From positions 900,001 to 932,000 of the forward strand of contig NZ_CP030918.1 in NCBI RefSeq assembly GCF_003324675.1: 32,000 nt of DNA. The letters are read 5' to 3'. The notes below the pieces were generated by a model. That model saw only the letters and a list, made by a program, of their open reading frames with translations, was not told where the DNA came from and ran no database searches. The DNA is from Paracoccus suum. GTDB lineage: Bacteria > Pseudomonadota > Alphaproteobacteria > Rhodobacterales > Rhodobacteraceae. Position 1 is the first letter of the stretch. Every line of letters begins with the position of its first letter. This document shows, piece after piece, positions 16,223-24,520 of the stretch. The translations under genes were made by a program, and so were the position numbers.

Positions 16223-18327
16223 AGCGCCGGCGCCTCGACCGTGGCGATCAGGCGGACCGGCACGCCGGGTTCGATTTCTTCGAGCCCGAGGACGGTGGCG
16301 TCGATGCCCGAACTCGTCAGGATAATGCGGATCTGCCGCCGGCGGTGGTCCGGCACCGCCAGCAGGATCGGTCGCCGCCCCAATGCTTCCTGGCTGGCGC
16401 GGACCGCGTCGACCAGCTTGCTAGCTAGGCGAGGCAGGGTGGCAGCGATGGGCACCGGCATGCCGCCGCGCGGCGCGCCGCCCTCGGTTCGCACGAACTC
16501 GGCCTCCCATAGCGGATGCAGCTGCGCGATCTCGAGCGCGGGGGCATCGTCTAGGATGGCCTGCACGATCTCGCCGCGCAGGCGGCGGCGGACCTGATCA
16601 GTCACGAATTCGGGGCGCTCGAGGCCGCGGAACTCGGCCACCGCGTCGACGATCTGTGGCAGGTTGCGAATCGACACCCGTTCCTCCAGCAGCAGGCGCA
16701 GGACGGCGAGCAGCAATTCAGGCGAGACCTTGTCAGGGATCAGGCTGTCGAAGAACTTCTGGTTCGCCTCGGCCCGGCGGGTATCGCTCAGGCCGCGCAG
16801 CTCAGCGATCATGCGTTGCAGCGCGCCCAGCGTCATCAGCGAGGGCAGCGCGGCGCGCGCGATCTCCATCAGGTGGGTGGACAGGACCTCCATCGGGTTC
16901 ACCACGGTTCCGCCTTGCAGGGTGGCATCGTGCTGGCGGGTCGCAGGCAGCCAGCGGGCGGGGGCGTCGTAGACCGGCTCGCGCACTTCCTCGCCGCCGA
17001 TTGCTTCGAGCATGTCCGGATCGCCGAGGACCAGCACGTCATGCGGACGCAGCGTGCCGCGACCGCGAATGACGTTCTGCACCCGGACGATATAGGCCCC
17101 GGGCGGCAGGTCGGGCGCGTCCGTGATGCGGATTTCGGGCAGGATGACGCCGTAGCTCCGGGCGATGTGCACACGCAGGTTGCCAATCCGGGTGCCGAGG
17201 CCGCGCCCCTCGTCAAGGGCCGAGGCGACGAGGTCGCAGCCGATCTCGACCGAGATCTCGTCGAGGTCGAGGACATCGCCGATGCGCGATTCGGGGACGG
17301 GAAGGGCGGCGGTTTCAGCCTCCGCGGGGGCCGGGGCGCGAGTGTTCTGGGCGGTGCGCCAAGCCATTGCTGCCATGATCGCGGCGATGGTCAGGAACAC
17401 CAGCGTGGGCATGCCGGGCACGAAGGCGAGGACGGCCATGCCGCCGGCGACGATCGCCGGGGCGCGCCAGTTGTGGACCAGCTCGCTCGACAGCAGTTCG
17501 ACCGTGGTCTCGGTCGCGCCGCCGCGCGAGAGCAGCAACGCGGCCGCCATCGAGGTGACCAGCGCGGGTACTTGCGTGACCAGCCCGTCGCCGATCGTCA
17601 GATGGGCATAGGTCTGCAGTGCCTCGCCGACGCCCATGCCGCGGCTGAGAGTGCCGATGCTCAGGCCTACGACCAGATTGATGATGATGATGACAAGACC
17701 GGCGACGGCGTCACCCTTGACGAATTTCGAGGCGCCGTCGAGCGAGCCGAAAAAGCTGATCTCGCGCTGCTCGCGCTCGCGCCGCCGCTTGGCTTCCTCG
17801 TGGTCGATGGCGCCGGCGTTCAGATCGCCGTCGATGGCCAGTTGCTTGCCGGGCAGCGAATCGAGGGCGAACCGGGCCGCGACCTCGGCCATGCGGCCCG
17901 AGCCCTTGGTGATGACCATGAAGTTCACGGCCGAGATGACGGCGAACACCGTCAGGCCGATCAGCAGCGAATTGCCGGCCACGAAGCTGGAAAAGCCGCT
18001 GATGATATGACCGGCGGCGTCCGGACCGTTGTGCCCGCGAGTGAGGATCAGCCGGGTCGAGGACACGTTCAGCGACAGCCGCAGCACCAGCGTGACCAGC
18101 AACAGCACCGGGAACGCCTGAAAATCCGTGGGCCGCGTGACCAGCGTCGCCATGACCAGGATCAGGATCGAACTCGCGATCGACACCGCGATGCCGATGT
18201 CCAGCAGCATGGGCGGGATCGGCAGGACCATCGACATGACGACCAGTACCAGAATGCCGGTAACCAGCAGCGACTGGCGCGTCGAGGCACCTGCCGGGGC
18301 GGCCACGACGGGCGCAACGGCGCTCAC
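16219..18327 (-). CDS. flhA: flagellar export protein FlhA
   Basis: FHIPEP signature FAVISAVNFMVITKGSGRMAEVAARFALDSLPGKQLAIDGDLNAG plus a large C-terminal cytoplasmic domain. I chose GTG 18327, which is preceded by GGAGGG and overlaps the orf152 stop as GTGA, giving 702 aa. The track ORF start at 18513 would overlap orf152 by about 190 nt. Confidence 0.9.
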   Translation of the reverse strand: MSAVAPVVAAPAGASTRQSLLVTGILVLVVMSMVLPIPPMLLDIGIAVSIASSILILVMATLVTRPTDFQAFPVLLLVTLVLRLSLNVSSTRLILTRGHNGPDAAGHIISGFSSFVAGNSLLIGLTVFAVISAVNFMVITKGSGRMAEVAARFALDSLPGKQLAIDGDLNAGAIDHEEAKRRREREQREISFFGSLDGASKFVKGDAVAGLVIIIINLVVGLSIGTLSRGMGVGEALQTYAHLTIGDGLVTQVPALVTSMAAALLLSRGGATETTVELLSSELVHNWRAPAIVAGGMAVLAFVPGMPTLVFLTIAAIMAAMAWRTAQNTRAPAPAEAETAALPVPESRIGDVLDLDEISVEIGCDLVASALDEGRGLGTRIGNLRVHIARSYGVILPEIRITDAPDLPPGAYIVRVQNVIRGRGTLRPHDVLVLGDPDMLEAIGGEEVREPVYDAPARWLPATRQHDATLQGGTVVNPMEVLSTHLMEIARAALPSLMTLGALQRMIAELRGLSDTRRAEANQKFFDSLIPDKVSPELLLAVLRLLLEERVSIRNLPQIVDAVAEFRGLERPEFVTDQVRRRLRGEIVQAILDDAPALEIAQLHPLWEAEFVRTEGGAPRGGMPVPIAATLPRLASKLVDAVRASQEALGRRPILLAVPDHRRRQIRIILTSSGIDATVLGLEEIEPGVPVRLIATVEAPAL

Positions 18328-18782
18328 AGGCTGCCCTCCGGCCCGGGCGTCTCGGGCGGAATCGGGGCGAGCAACCGCTGTAGATCGACGGGTGGGCCGT
18401 CCAGCAGACCGAGCCGCCGCAGATAGGCAACGGCCGTCAGTCGGTCGTGAGGCAACATCGGCTCGAGCAGCTTGGGTAATTCTGGGGGCACGGACTCCCC
18501 CGCCAGAAGCCACTTCTCTGCGTCGGCCAGAAAGATGGTCAGCCGCTTGGCCGAAGCCGCGACTTGATCGGTGGCCGACGTCATGAGGCGGGGCAGCTGT
18601 GACAAGGCTGCATTGGCGGTCACGGCGGGGGCGATCTGCCCCGTGGATTCCGCTGGTCCTGTCGCGGCAGACATTTGGTCCGGCGCCGCTCCGGTCGGCT
18701 GGGCCAAAGCGTCGCCGGTGAGGACCATTGCAGCAAGCAGAGCAGCCGAGCCAACGCGCAGGGCGAACTCACCTACCCTCAT
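18324..18782 (-). CDS. hypothetical secreted/periplasmic protein (152 aa) between motA and flhA
   Basis: N-terminal signal peptide (ALLAAMVLTGDALA|QP) followed by a Pro/Ala-rich region. ATGA overlap with the motA stop and GTGA overlap with the flhA start. High GC3. I recognise no family. Confidence 0.6.
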   Translation of the reverse strand: MRVGEFALRVGSAALLAAMVLTGDALAQPTGAAPDQMSAATGPAESTGQIAPAVTANAALSQLPRLMTSATDQVAASAKRLTIFLADAEKWLLAGESVPPELPKLLEPMLPHDRLTAVAYLRRLGLLDGPPVDLQRLLAPIPPETPGPEGSL

Positions 18783-19645
18783 GATGCACGCTTGATTTCG
18801 CGCAGCGCGGTTTCGACGCTGACGAAGCTGGGGCGCAGGTTGTCGGGCGCGGCCTGTCGGCCGACCTCGACGCAGAGGTTGGTGGCGTGCTGGTGCAGGC
18901 CGGCGACGAGGACCGACTTGATGACCTCGTAAAAGCTCTCGTCCTGGCGGCGCACGCCGGTGAGGCGCTGGGCGAGCGGGGCCACGAAGCCGTAGGCCAG
19001 AAACACGCCCAGGAACGTACCGACGAGGGCCCCGCCGATCATCTTGCCCAGGATCTCGGGCGGCTGGTCGATCGAGCCCATGGTCTTGATAACCCCCAGA
19101 ACCGCCGCGACGATGCCGAGCGCCGGCAGCGCGTCGGCTGTGCTTTGCAGCGCGTGCGGCACATGCATGCCCTCGGTCCGCATCAACGCGATCCGGCGGG
19201 AGAGCATCTCCTCGACCTGATAAGGATCGTCGTAATTGAGGCTGGCCGAGCGCAGCGTGTCGGTGATCAGCGTCACCGCCTCATGGTCCTTCAGGATACG
19301 GGGATATTCGCGAAAGATCGTCGAATCCTCGGGCCGCTCGATATGTTCCTCCAACTCGACCGGGCTGGAGCGCGCCAGACGCAGCAGCTGGTACATCAGG
19401 CACAGCACGTCCTGATGGTCGGCCTGGGTCCAGCGCGCGCCCTTGAAGGCACGCATGATGCCCGGCCAGGTGTGTTTCAGGACCGAGGTCTCGTTCGACA
19501 GCGCAAAGGCACCGACGGCGGCGCCGCCGATGATCATCATCTCGTGCGGCAGCGAGTGCAGGATCACCTCGAGGTGACCGCCGGCGAGGATGAAGCCGCC
19601 GAACACCATTGCAAAGGTCAGTGCCATGCCGATCAGGCCGAACAT
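18779..19645 (-). CDS. motA: flagellar stator protein MotA
   Basis: 288 aa with MotA topology: two N-terminal TM helices, a cytoplasmic loop, and C-terminal TM3/TM4 (PALGIVAAVLGVIKTMG, GGALVGTFLGVFLAYGF). No motB is adjacent. Confidence 0.9.
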   Translation of the reverse strand: MFGLIGMALTFAMVFGGFILAGGHLEVILHSLPHEMMIIGGAAVGAFALSNETSVLKHTWPGIMRAFKGARWTQADHQDVLCLMYQLLRLARSSPVELEEHIERPEDSTIFREYPRILKDHEAVTLITDTLRSASLNYDDPYQVEEMLSRRIALMRTEGMHVPHALQSTADALPALGIVAAVLGVIKTMGSIDQPPEILGKMIGGALVGTFLGVFLAYGFVAPLAQRLTGVRRQDESFYEVIKSVLVAGLHQHATNLCVEVGRQAAPDNLRPSFVSVETALREIKRAS

Positions 19646-19657
19646 CGCGTCCCCTTT

Positions 19658-20203
19658 TCAGTTCGAGCGGACGCGGCGGGCGCCCATATGCGTAGTCAGG
19701 ATGGCCGCCTGGGCCGGCTCAACAGAGGCCAGGATCTGCGCGCCGGTGCCCGGATCGACGCGCATTAGGATCTCGGCCGCGAAGTCCGGGGGCAGGTTTG
19801 CCAGCACCGCAGCGGCATCGCGCGGCTTCATCGCGTCATAGACGCCGACGAGTCTGTCGATGTCGTCACTGACCTCGCGCTTGATCTCGCTGTTATGTCC
19901 GGTCCCTGCGTCGCGCACGGCCTTCAGCTGGCGCAGCTTGCTGGTCAGCGTGCCCTCGGCCAGGGCGATCTCGGCCTTTTTCTTGTCCAGTTCCTGCTGA
20001 TAGCGGGTGATCGCCGCACTGCGCGAGGCCAGCAGGTCGGACAGCGCCACCGCCTCGGGAATGTCGGTGCAGCCGGCCAGCAACCCGGCGGTCGCCGGGG
20101 CGGCGGCCTGCGCGGCACTGAGGTCGACCATTGCGGCGACCTGAACCCCGCCCATGAGCACGAAGGCGGTCCCGAGGATCGGCAAAAGACGCCTACGCCA
20201 CAT
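19658..20203 (-). CDS. MotE/FlbB-like flagellar motility protein (MgtE-N-like domain)
   Basis: 181 aa with an N-terminal signal/anchor and a coiled coil (QQELDKKKAEIALAEGTLTSKLRQLK). The C-terminus (YDAMKPRDAAAVLANLPPDFAAEILMRVDPGTGAQILASVEP) is typical of MotE-family proteins in alphaproteobacterial flagellar clusters. Confidence 0.65.
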   Translation of the reverse strand: MWRRRLLPILGTAFVLMGGVQVAAMVDLSAAQAAAPATAGLLAGCTDIPEAVALSDLLASRSAAITRYQQELDKKKAEIALAEGTLTSKLRQLKAVRDAGTGHNSEIKREVSDDIDRLVGVYDAMKPRDAAAVLANLPPDFAAEILMRVDPGTGAQILASVEPAQAAILTTHMGARRVRSN

Positions 20204-20576
20204 CGCTTACCTCGGCGCCGGAGGGCGCATCATCGCTGTCGGACCTGCGGCGGCGGCGCATCCGCACTCCTGCGCCCGGCGCAGAAACCGGGGCCATCCG
20301 CGTCTGGATCGCCCACAGGGCGCGCTCGTTGCGCGCATTTTCAACAGCGGCGGCCAGTTGCGCCCCGGCACCAGCGGCCTCGCGCCGGGTCTGCGCCAGC
20401 GCCGCCTCGAGGCGCGAGACCTCGGAGGTCATCACCGCAATGGCGCCCCCAAGCCCGCTCTCCAGATCGTTCAGCCGGCGAAGGCGACGCGCCAGAACGG
20501 CGCAATAGATCGCCAGCGCGACGCAAGCTATGGCGAGGCCGATCTGGGCCACGTGCTGCAAGGTCAAACCGTTCAT
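20193..20576 (-). CDS. hypothetical membrane-anchored coiled-coil protein (127 aa)
   Basis: Single N-terminal TM helix (VAQIGLAIACVALAIYCAVLA), a coiled-coil segment and an Arg-rich tail. ATGA overlap with the fliL stop and an 11-nt overlap with the motE-like start. Confidence 0.55.
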   Translation of the reverse strand: MNGLTLQHVAQIGLAIACVALAIYCAVLARRLRRLNDLESGLGGAIAVMTSEVSRLEAALAQTRREAAGAGAQLAAAVENARNERALWAIQTRMAPVSAPGAGVRMRRRRRSDSDDAPSGAEVSDVA

Positions 20577-21055
20577 TTCAGGGCGAACTCCGTGACGAGA
20601 ACCTCGACCGGAACGTCCGCGCCGATGGCGAGGCGGGCGCGGGTCGTCAGCTCTTCGCGTATGATTTCCAGGATGCCGCGGCGGTCAAAGGCGGCCGGCG
20701 CGATGCCGGTCAGGAAGGTGTTGAACGCGTCGGTGACGCGTGGCTGCAGATGCTCGACCTTTGCCTTTCCTGCCTCGGTCGTCTCGATAGTGACGATCAG
20801 GTGCAGCAGGCGAGGGCGCAGGTCGGGCAAGGTCACGTTGATCGGCGGCACCGGCACGAACACGACCTCCGGTTCGTCAGCCGCCCCGTGGTGCGCGCCG
20901 CCGATCAGCGACAGCGGCGACCAGAGCCCAAAATATGTGCTGGCGCCCCCAGCCAGCGCGGCAAGCACGGGCAGGACCAGTAGCAGCACCATGCGCCGCC
21001 GCCGGCCTGCGGTCGGCTCGGCGACGTCATTGGTCGTCAGGGCAAGGTCGGTCAT
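20573..21055 (-). CDS. fliL: flagellar basal-body-associated protein FliL
   Basis: 160 aa with one TM helix, then VFVPVPPINVTLPD...LLHLIVTIETTEAGKAKVEHLQPRVTDAFNTFL, typical of the FliL domain. First gene of the minus-strand operon, with GGAGAA upstream of the ATG. Confidence 0.8.
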   Translation of the reverse strand: MTDLALTTNDVAEPTAGRRRRMVLLLVLPVLAALAGGASTYFGLWSPLSLIGGAHHGAADEPEVVFVPVPPINVTLPDLRPRLLHLIVTIETTEAGKAKVEHLQPRVTDAFNTFLTGIAPAAFDRRGILEIIREELTTRARLAIGADVPVEVLVTEFALK

Positions 21056-21097
21056 GGCTGATTCTCCGTCCGTCGGGATCGGCTTAGCAGCCGGGCA

Positions 21098-21113
21098 CTA
21101 ACCAATATTTAAC
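21098..21113. promoter_or_regulatory. candidate CtrA box (CTAA-N7-TTAAC) in the fliL/fliF divergent promoter region
   Basis: CTAACCAATATTTAAC read directly from the sequence. It is one mismatch from the Caulobacter-type consensus TTAA-N7-TTAAC. A third CTAAC lies at 21124-21128. This is the only AT-rich patch in the 114-bp intergenic region. Confidence 0.4.
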
Positions 21114-21169
21114 GCCCCTCGGGCTAACACCGGCTGGTCGAAGAACTTGACCGATTCGAGGGGTGTGCC

Positions 21170-22813
21170 TTGCAGAAACTGCGGGACTACTGGGCCGAGC
21201 GCAGCCGGAAGCAACGGCTGACGCTGGCAGGCGTCTTTGTCGGCTCGCTGTTGGCGATTGCTGCATTTGCGTGGGCGGCCGGGCGAACCCCGCTGGCGCT
21301 GCTTTACTCGAGCCTCGATCCCGCCCAGGCCGGCGAGGTCGTGGCCGAAGTTGATCGGCGCGGCATTCCCTATGAGGTGCGCGGCGAGACGATCTGGGTC
21401 GCCAGCGCCGATCGGGACCGGTTGCGCATGGATCTTGCGGCGCAGGGGCTGCCGGCCGCGGGCGGCTCGGGGTACGAACTGCTCGACGGTATGTCGGGCT
21501 TTGGCACCACCTCGCAGATGTTCGATGCAGCCTATTGGCGCGCGAAGGAGGGCGAGCTGGCGCGCACGATCCTCGCCCTGCCCAATGTCAAATCGGCGCG
21601 CGTGCATCTGGCCGTTCCGACCACCCGCGGCTATCGCCGCGAATCGGCCGGCACCGCCTCGGTGACGATCACGACGACCAACACCCCCCTCTCGCGCGAG
21701 CAGGCCCGCTCGCTGCAATTTCTGATCTCGTCGGGCGTGCCGGGTATGGCGCCAGAGGCAGTCAGCGTGATCGATAGCGCCAAGGGGGTCATCAACCCGG
21801 CCGACGATCAGTCCGGCGCCGACCGCGAGGCCGACATCCGGCGCAATGTCGAGCGTATCCTCGAGGCGCATGTCGGCGGCGGCAACGCCATCGTCGAGCT
21901 GCACCTCGATCTGGACGGCGAGCGCGAGCAACTGACTGAGCAACGCTTTGATCCCAAGGAGCGCGCGCTCGTTTCAGAGGAAGTGGAGGAAACCAAGGAC
22001 CAGAGCAGTAACGGCGCCTCGGGCGCGGTCACGGCCTCGTCCAACCTGCCTGACAGCGAGGCCTCGAAATCGGGCGAGCAGAGCCGTGCCAACCGGGCAG
22101 AGAACCGGCAGCGCAGCAATTACGAGGTCAGCCAGGTCACCCGCGAGGTGCTGCGCCAGCCCGGCGCGGTCAAGCGCCTGACGGTCGCGGTGCTGGTGAA
22201 CGGCGTGTTGACCGAGGGGGCGGATGGCAAGCAGCAGCTGGTCCCCCGCAGCGAGGCCGAGCTCGGCGCGATCCGCGAGCTGGTTGCCTCGGCGGTCGGC
22301 TTTGACGAGGCCCGCGGCGACCAGCTGACGGTCAAGTCGCTGCCCTTCGCGGCGGTGTCCGACGGCGGCACCCTGGCCGAGCGGCCAGGCTGGCTGGACC
22401 GGCTTGCGCTGAACGATCTGGCTCGCCTCGGGCTGATCGGCCTTTTCGCGCTGGGCATCGCGCTGGTCCTGCTGCGCCCGGCGCTGAAGGCGCGGATGGC
22501 GGCCGCGCTGACGGGCCCGGCGGGACTGACGATGCTGTCAGGCACGCCTCAACCGGCCGGCGCGGGGACGGAGGCACCGGGGTTCGAATTACTGCCCGCG
22601 CCGGCCTTTGCCCTGCCCATGGACCCGGGCGCCCCTGTCGGAATCGAAAGCGGCGCCTTGCCGATGAACTTCTCGATGCCGGAGTTCTCGTTCGAGCCGA
22701 TGGCTGGCGGCTCGGGCCCGGTCGAGCGCCTGCGCGAGCTTATGCGCACCCGCCAGGATGAAAGCGTCAAGCTGCTGTCTGCCTGGATCGGCGAGGGTGA
22801 GGCAGCCTCGTGA
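21170..22813 (+). CDS. fliF: flagellar M-ring protein FliF
   Basis: 547 aa. N-terminal TM helix, then LYSSLDPAQAGEVVAEVDRRGIPYEV...IWV, a second TM helix near the C-terminus, and a C-terminal FliG-binding-like tail. The start is TTG at 21170, the first start-type codon after an in-frame TAA, with GAGGGG 6 nt upstream. Confidence 0.9.
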   Translation: MQKLRDYWAERSRKQRLTLAGVFVGSLLAIAAFAWAAGRTPLALLYSSLDPAQAGEVVAEVDRRGIPYEVRGETIWVASADRDRLRMDLAAQGLPAAGGSGYELLDGMSGFGTTSQMFDAAYWRAKEGELARTILALPNVKSARVHLAVPTTRGYRRESAGTASVTITTTNTPLSREQARSLQFLISSGVPGMAPEAVSVIDSAKGVINPADDQSGADREADIRRNVERILEAHVGGGNAIVELHLDLDGEREQLTEQRFDPKERALVSEEVEETKDQSSNGASGAVTASSNLPDSEASKSGEQSRANRAENRQRSNYEVSQVTREVLRQPGAVKRLTVAVLVNGVLTEGADGKQQLVPRSEAELGAIRELVASAVGFDEARGDQLTVKSLPFAAVSDGGTLAERPGWLDRLALNDLARLGLIGLFALGIALVLLRPALKARMAAALTGPAGLTMLSGTPQPAGAGTEAPGFELLPAPAFALPMDPGAPVGIESGALPMNFSMPEFSFEPMAGGSGPVERLRELMRTRQDESVKLLSAWIGEGEAAS

Positions 22814-23412
22814 TCCAGACCCTGCAGCTGGAATCATTCTTGCGGGTCGCCCCCGCGCCACCACCGGCCGCAGTGTTTGATGAGGCCGACCTAGCCATGG
22901 CGCGTGCGGCCGGGCGGGTCGAAGGCCTCGCCGAGGGACGGGATGCCGCTGCCTCGATACTGGCCGCCGCCGTGGACGAACTAGCTGCGCAGCTTGCCGC
23001 CCAAGACCGGCGCTTGGCCGATTCCTCCCGACACCTTGAGGTACAGATTAGCGACGTGGCGCGCGCCATTATCGCCGCCCTCGCCGCCCCGCTCCGCGCT
23101 GAGACGCTGTCGGCGCAGGTCTGCGCGGCGCTGGCGGCCGAGATCGAGGCGGGTATCCCGGCCCCGCCGCGCCTGCGTTGCGAGGCCGCGTCCGCTCCCG
23201 CCCTGCGCGCGGCGCTGGATTCCGGAGGGCTTCATCAGATCCAGATCGACACCGGCGGCTCTGGGGCGGAGTTCGGCGTGCCGGACGGTCTGGTGCGCCT
23301 CGACCCGGATCGCTTGCAGGCGGCGCTGCTGGCCATCGTCGCCGAGATGGACGCGCCCGATCCTGGCCGCCCCGCCGACACCAGCCCCCCCGAGGAGAAT
23401 TCCGATGAGTGA
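22810..23412 (+). CDS. putative FliH-like flagellar assembly protein (call based on position and composition)
   Basis: 200-aa Ala/Glu-rich protein between fliF and fliN, where FliH-like genes sit in related clusters. GTGA overlap with the fliF stop. Sequence similarity to canonical FliH is not obvious by eye. Confidence 0.45.
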   Translation: MIQTLQLESFLRVAPAPPPAAVFDEADLAMARAAGRVEGLAEGRDAAASILAAAVDELAAQLAAQDRRLADSSRHLEVQISDVARAIIAALAAPLRAETLSAQVCAALAAEIEAGIPAPPRLRCEAASAPALRAALDSGGLHQIQIDTGGSGAEFGVPDGLVRLDPDRLQAALLAIVAEMDAPDPGRPADTSPPEENSDE

Positions 23413-23662
23413 GCGTATCGACGCCCTGTTTGCCACCGATCACATCAAGGTCGAACTGACCATCCGCCTGGGCGGGGCAGTTATGACCGTCGCACAGCTG
23501 TCAGCATTGGGGCCGGATGACGTGCTGACGCTCGACCGCGACATCAGCGACGGGGTCGAGGTTTGCGTCGGCGACAAGGTGATCGCCCATGGCTTACTGG
23601 TCAGCGAGGGTCCGGGCGACCGGCTGTCGGTGCGTATCTCTGGGCCGGCCGAGGCGGCATGA
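23405..23662 (+). CDS. fliN: flagellar motor switch protein FliN (SpoA domain only)
   Basis: 85 aa. IKVELTIRLGGAVMTVAQLSALGPDDVLTLDRDISDGVEVCVGDKVIAHGLLVSEG..LSVRI matches the FliN/SpoA surface-presentation domain. ATG 23405 overlaps the upstream stop by 8 nt. The track ORF from 22994 is an upstream extension of the same frame. Confidence 0.85.
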   Translation: MSERIDALFATDHIKVELTIRLGGAVMTVAQLSALGPDDVLTLDRDISDGVEVCVGDKVIAHGLLVSEGPGDRLSVRISGPAEAA

Positions 23663-24507
23663 GGCACCGTCTGCTTCTGGCCGCCGGTGCGGTGATGCTG
23701 GCGGCAGCCTTGGCGCTGCCGATCCCGGCGCTGGCGCAGGCGATCGGGCCCAACCTGCCTGTCCCGCCCGCAGGTGCTGGCGATCTTGCCGACGGCCTCG
23801 GCGGATTGGCCGGCGGGGTCGGCCGCAACGCCGCGTTTCTGGTCCTTGCGATGACGGCGCTTTCGCTGGCGCCCGGCCTCGCCATCGCCGTCACCTGCTT
23901 TCCGTTCATCGTCACCGTCCTGTCGATCCTGCGACAGTCCATCGGGCTGCCGCAGTCGCCGCCCAACATGCTGATCGTGGTGCTGTCGATATTCCTGACG
24001 TGGTTTGTCATGGACCCGGTCCTGCGCGAGGCATGGCGGGTCGCGGGCCAACCGCTGCAGGCCGGCCAGATCAACCTCAGCGAGGCGTTCGACCGCGGTA
24101 TTGTGCCGTTCCGCGCCTTCATGGAGGCGCGCACCGACCCCGACACGCTGGCCGCCCTGGCCGAAGTCGCGCCGGGCCGCATGGACGCGGCAGCGGCAAC
24201 ACCCGGCAGTTCGGCCGCCGAGGCCGACGTGGCGCGCGAGGCGGCCTTGGGTGATCCCGCCGCAGCGGCGCTGTCGGTGCTGGTGCCGTCCTTTATGCTC
24301 AGCGAGGTCCAGCGCGCTTTCGAGGTCGGCTTCCTGATCGCCCTGCCGTTTCTGGTGATCGACCTGGTCGTGTCCGCTGTCCTGATGTCGATGGGCATGA
24401 TGATGGTCCCGCCCGCAGTCGTGGCCCTGCCGTTCAAGCTCGCGTTTTTTGTCGTCGTCGATGGCTGGGGCATGGTCGCTGGCGCTCTGGTGCGCAGCTA
24501 TCAGTGA
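23659..24507 (+). CDS. fliP: flagellar export gate protein FliP
   Basis: Signal peptide, then FIVTVLSILRQSIGLPQSPPN and MGMMMVPPAVVALPFKLAFFVVVDGW (FliP signatures). ATG 23659 forms an ATGA overlap with the fliN stop. 282 aa. Confidence 0.92.
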   Translation: MRHRLLLAAGAVMLAAALALPIPALAQAIGPNLPVPPAGAGDLADGLGGLAGGVGRNAAFLVLAMTALSLAPGLAIAVTCFPFIVTVLSILRQSIGLPQSPPNMLIVVLSIFLTWFVMDPVLREAWRVAGQPLQAGQINLSEAFDRGIVPFRAFMEARTDPDTLAALAEVAPGRMDAAAATPGSSAAEADVAREAALGDPAAAALSVLVPSFMLSEVQRAFEVGFLIALPFLVIDLVVSAVLMSMGMMMVPPAVVALPFKLAFFVVVDGWGMVAGALVRSYQ

Positions 24508-24520
24508 CTGGCCGTGAATA

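Noticed and set aside
16219-18513. Longest-ORF N-terminal extensions in the track: flhA from 18513, thiolase from 26089, ALDH from 5021, hutF from 2386, aceA from 8206, orf195 from 14464, lptE from 30789, fliN frame from 22994, fliP from 23563.
   Set aside because: The extensions overlap upstream genes or promoter regions, are Arg/Pro-rich, and lack homology to the family N-termini. In each case an internal start with an SD-like sequence or a 4-nt stop/start overlap gives a protein of canonical length.
21056-21169. A sigma-54 (-24 GG / -12 GC) promoter for the flagellar operons.
   Set aside because: I found no TGGCAC-N5-TTGC-like element on either strand of the intergenic region. The CtrA-type box is the only notable motif.
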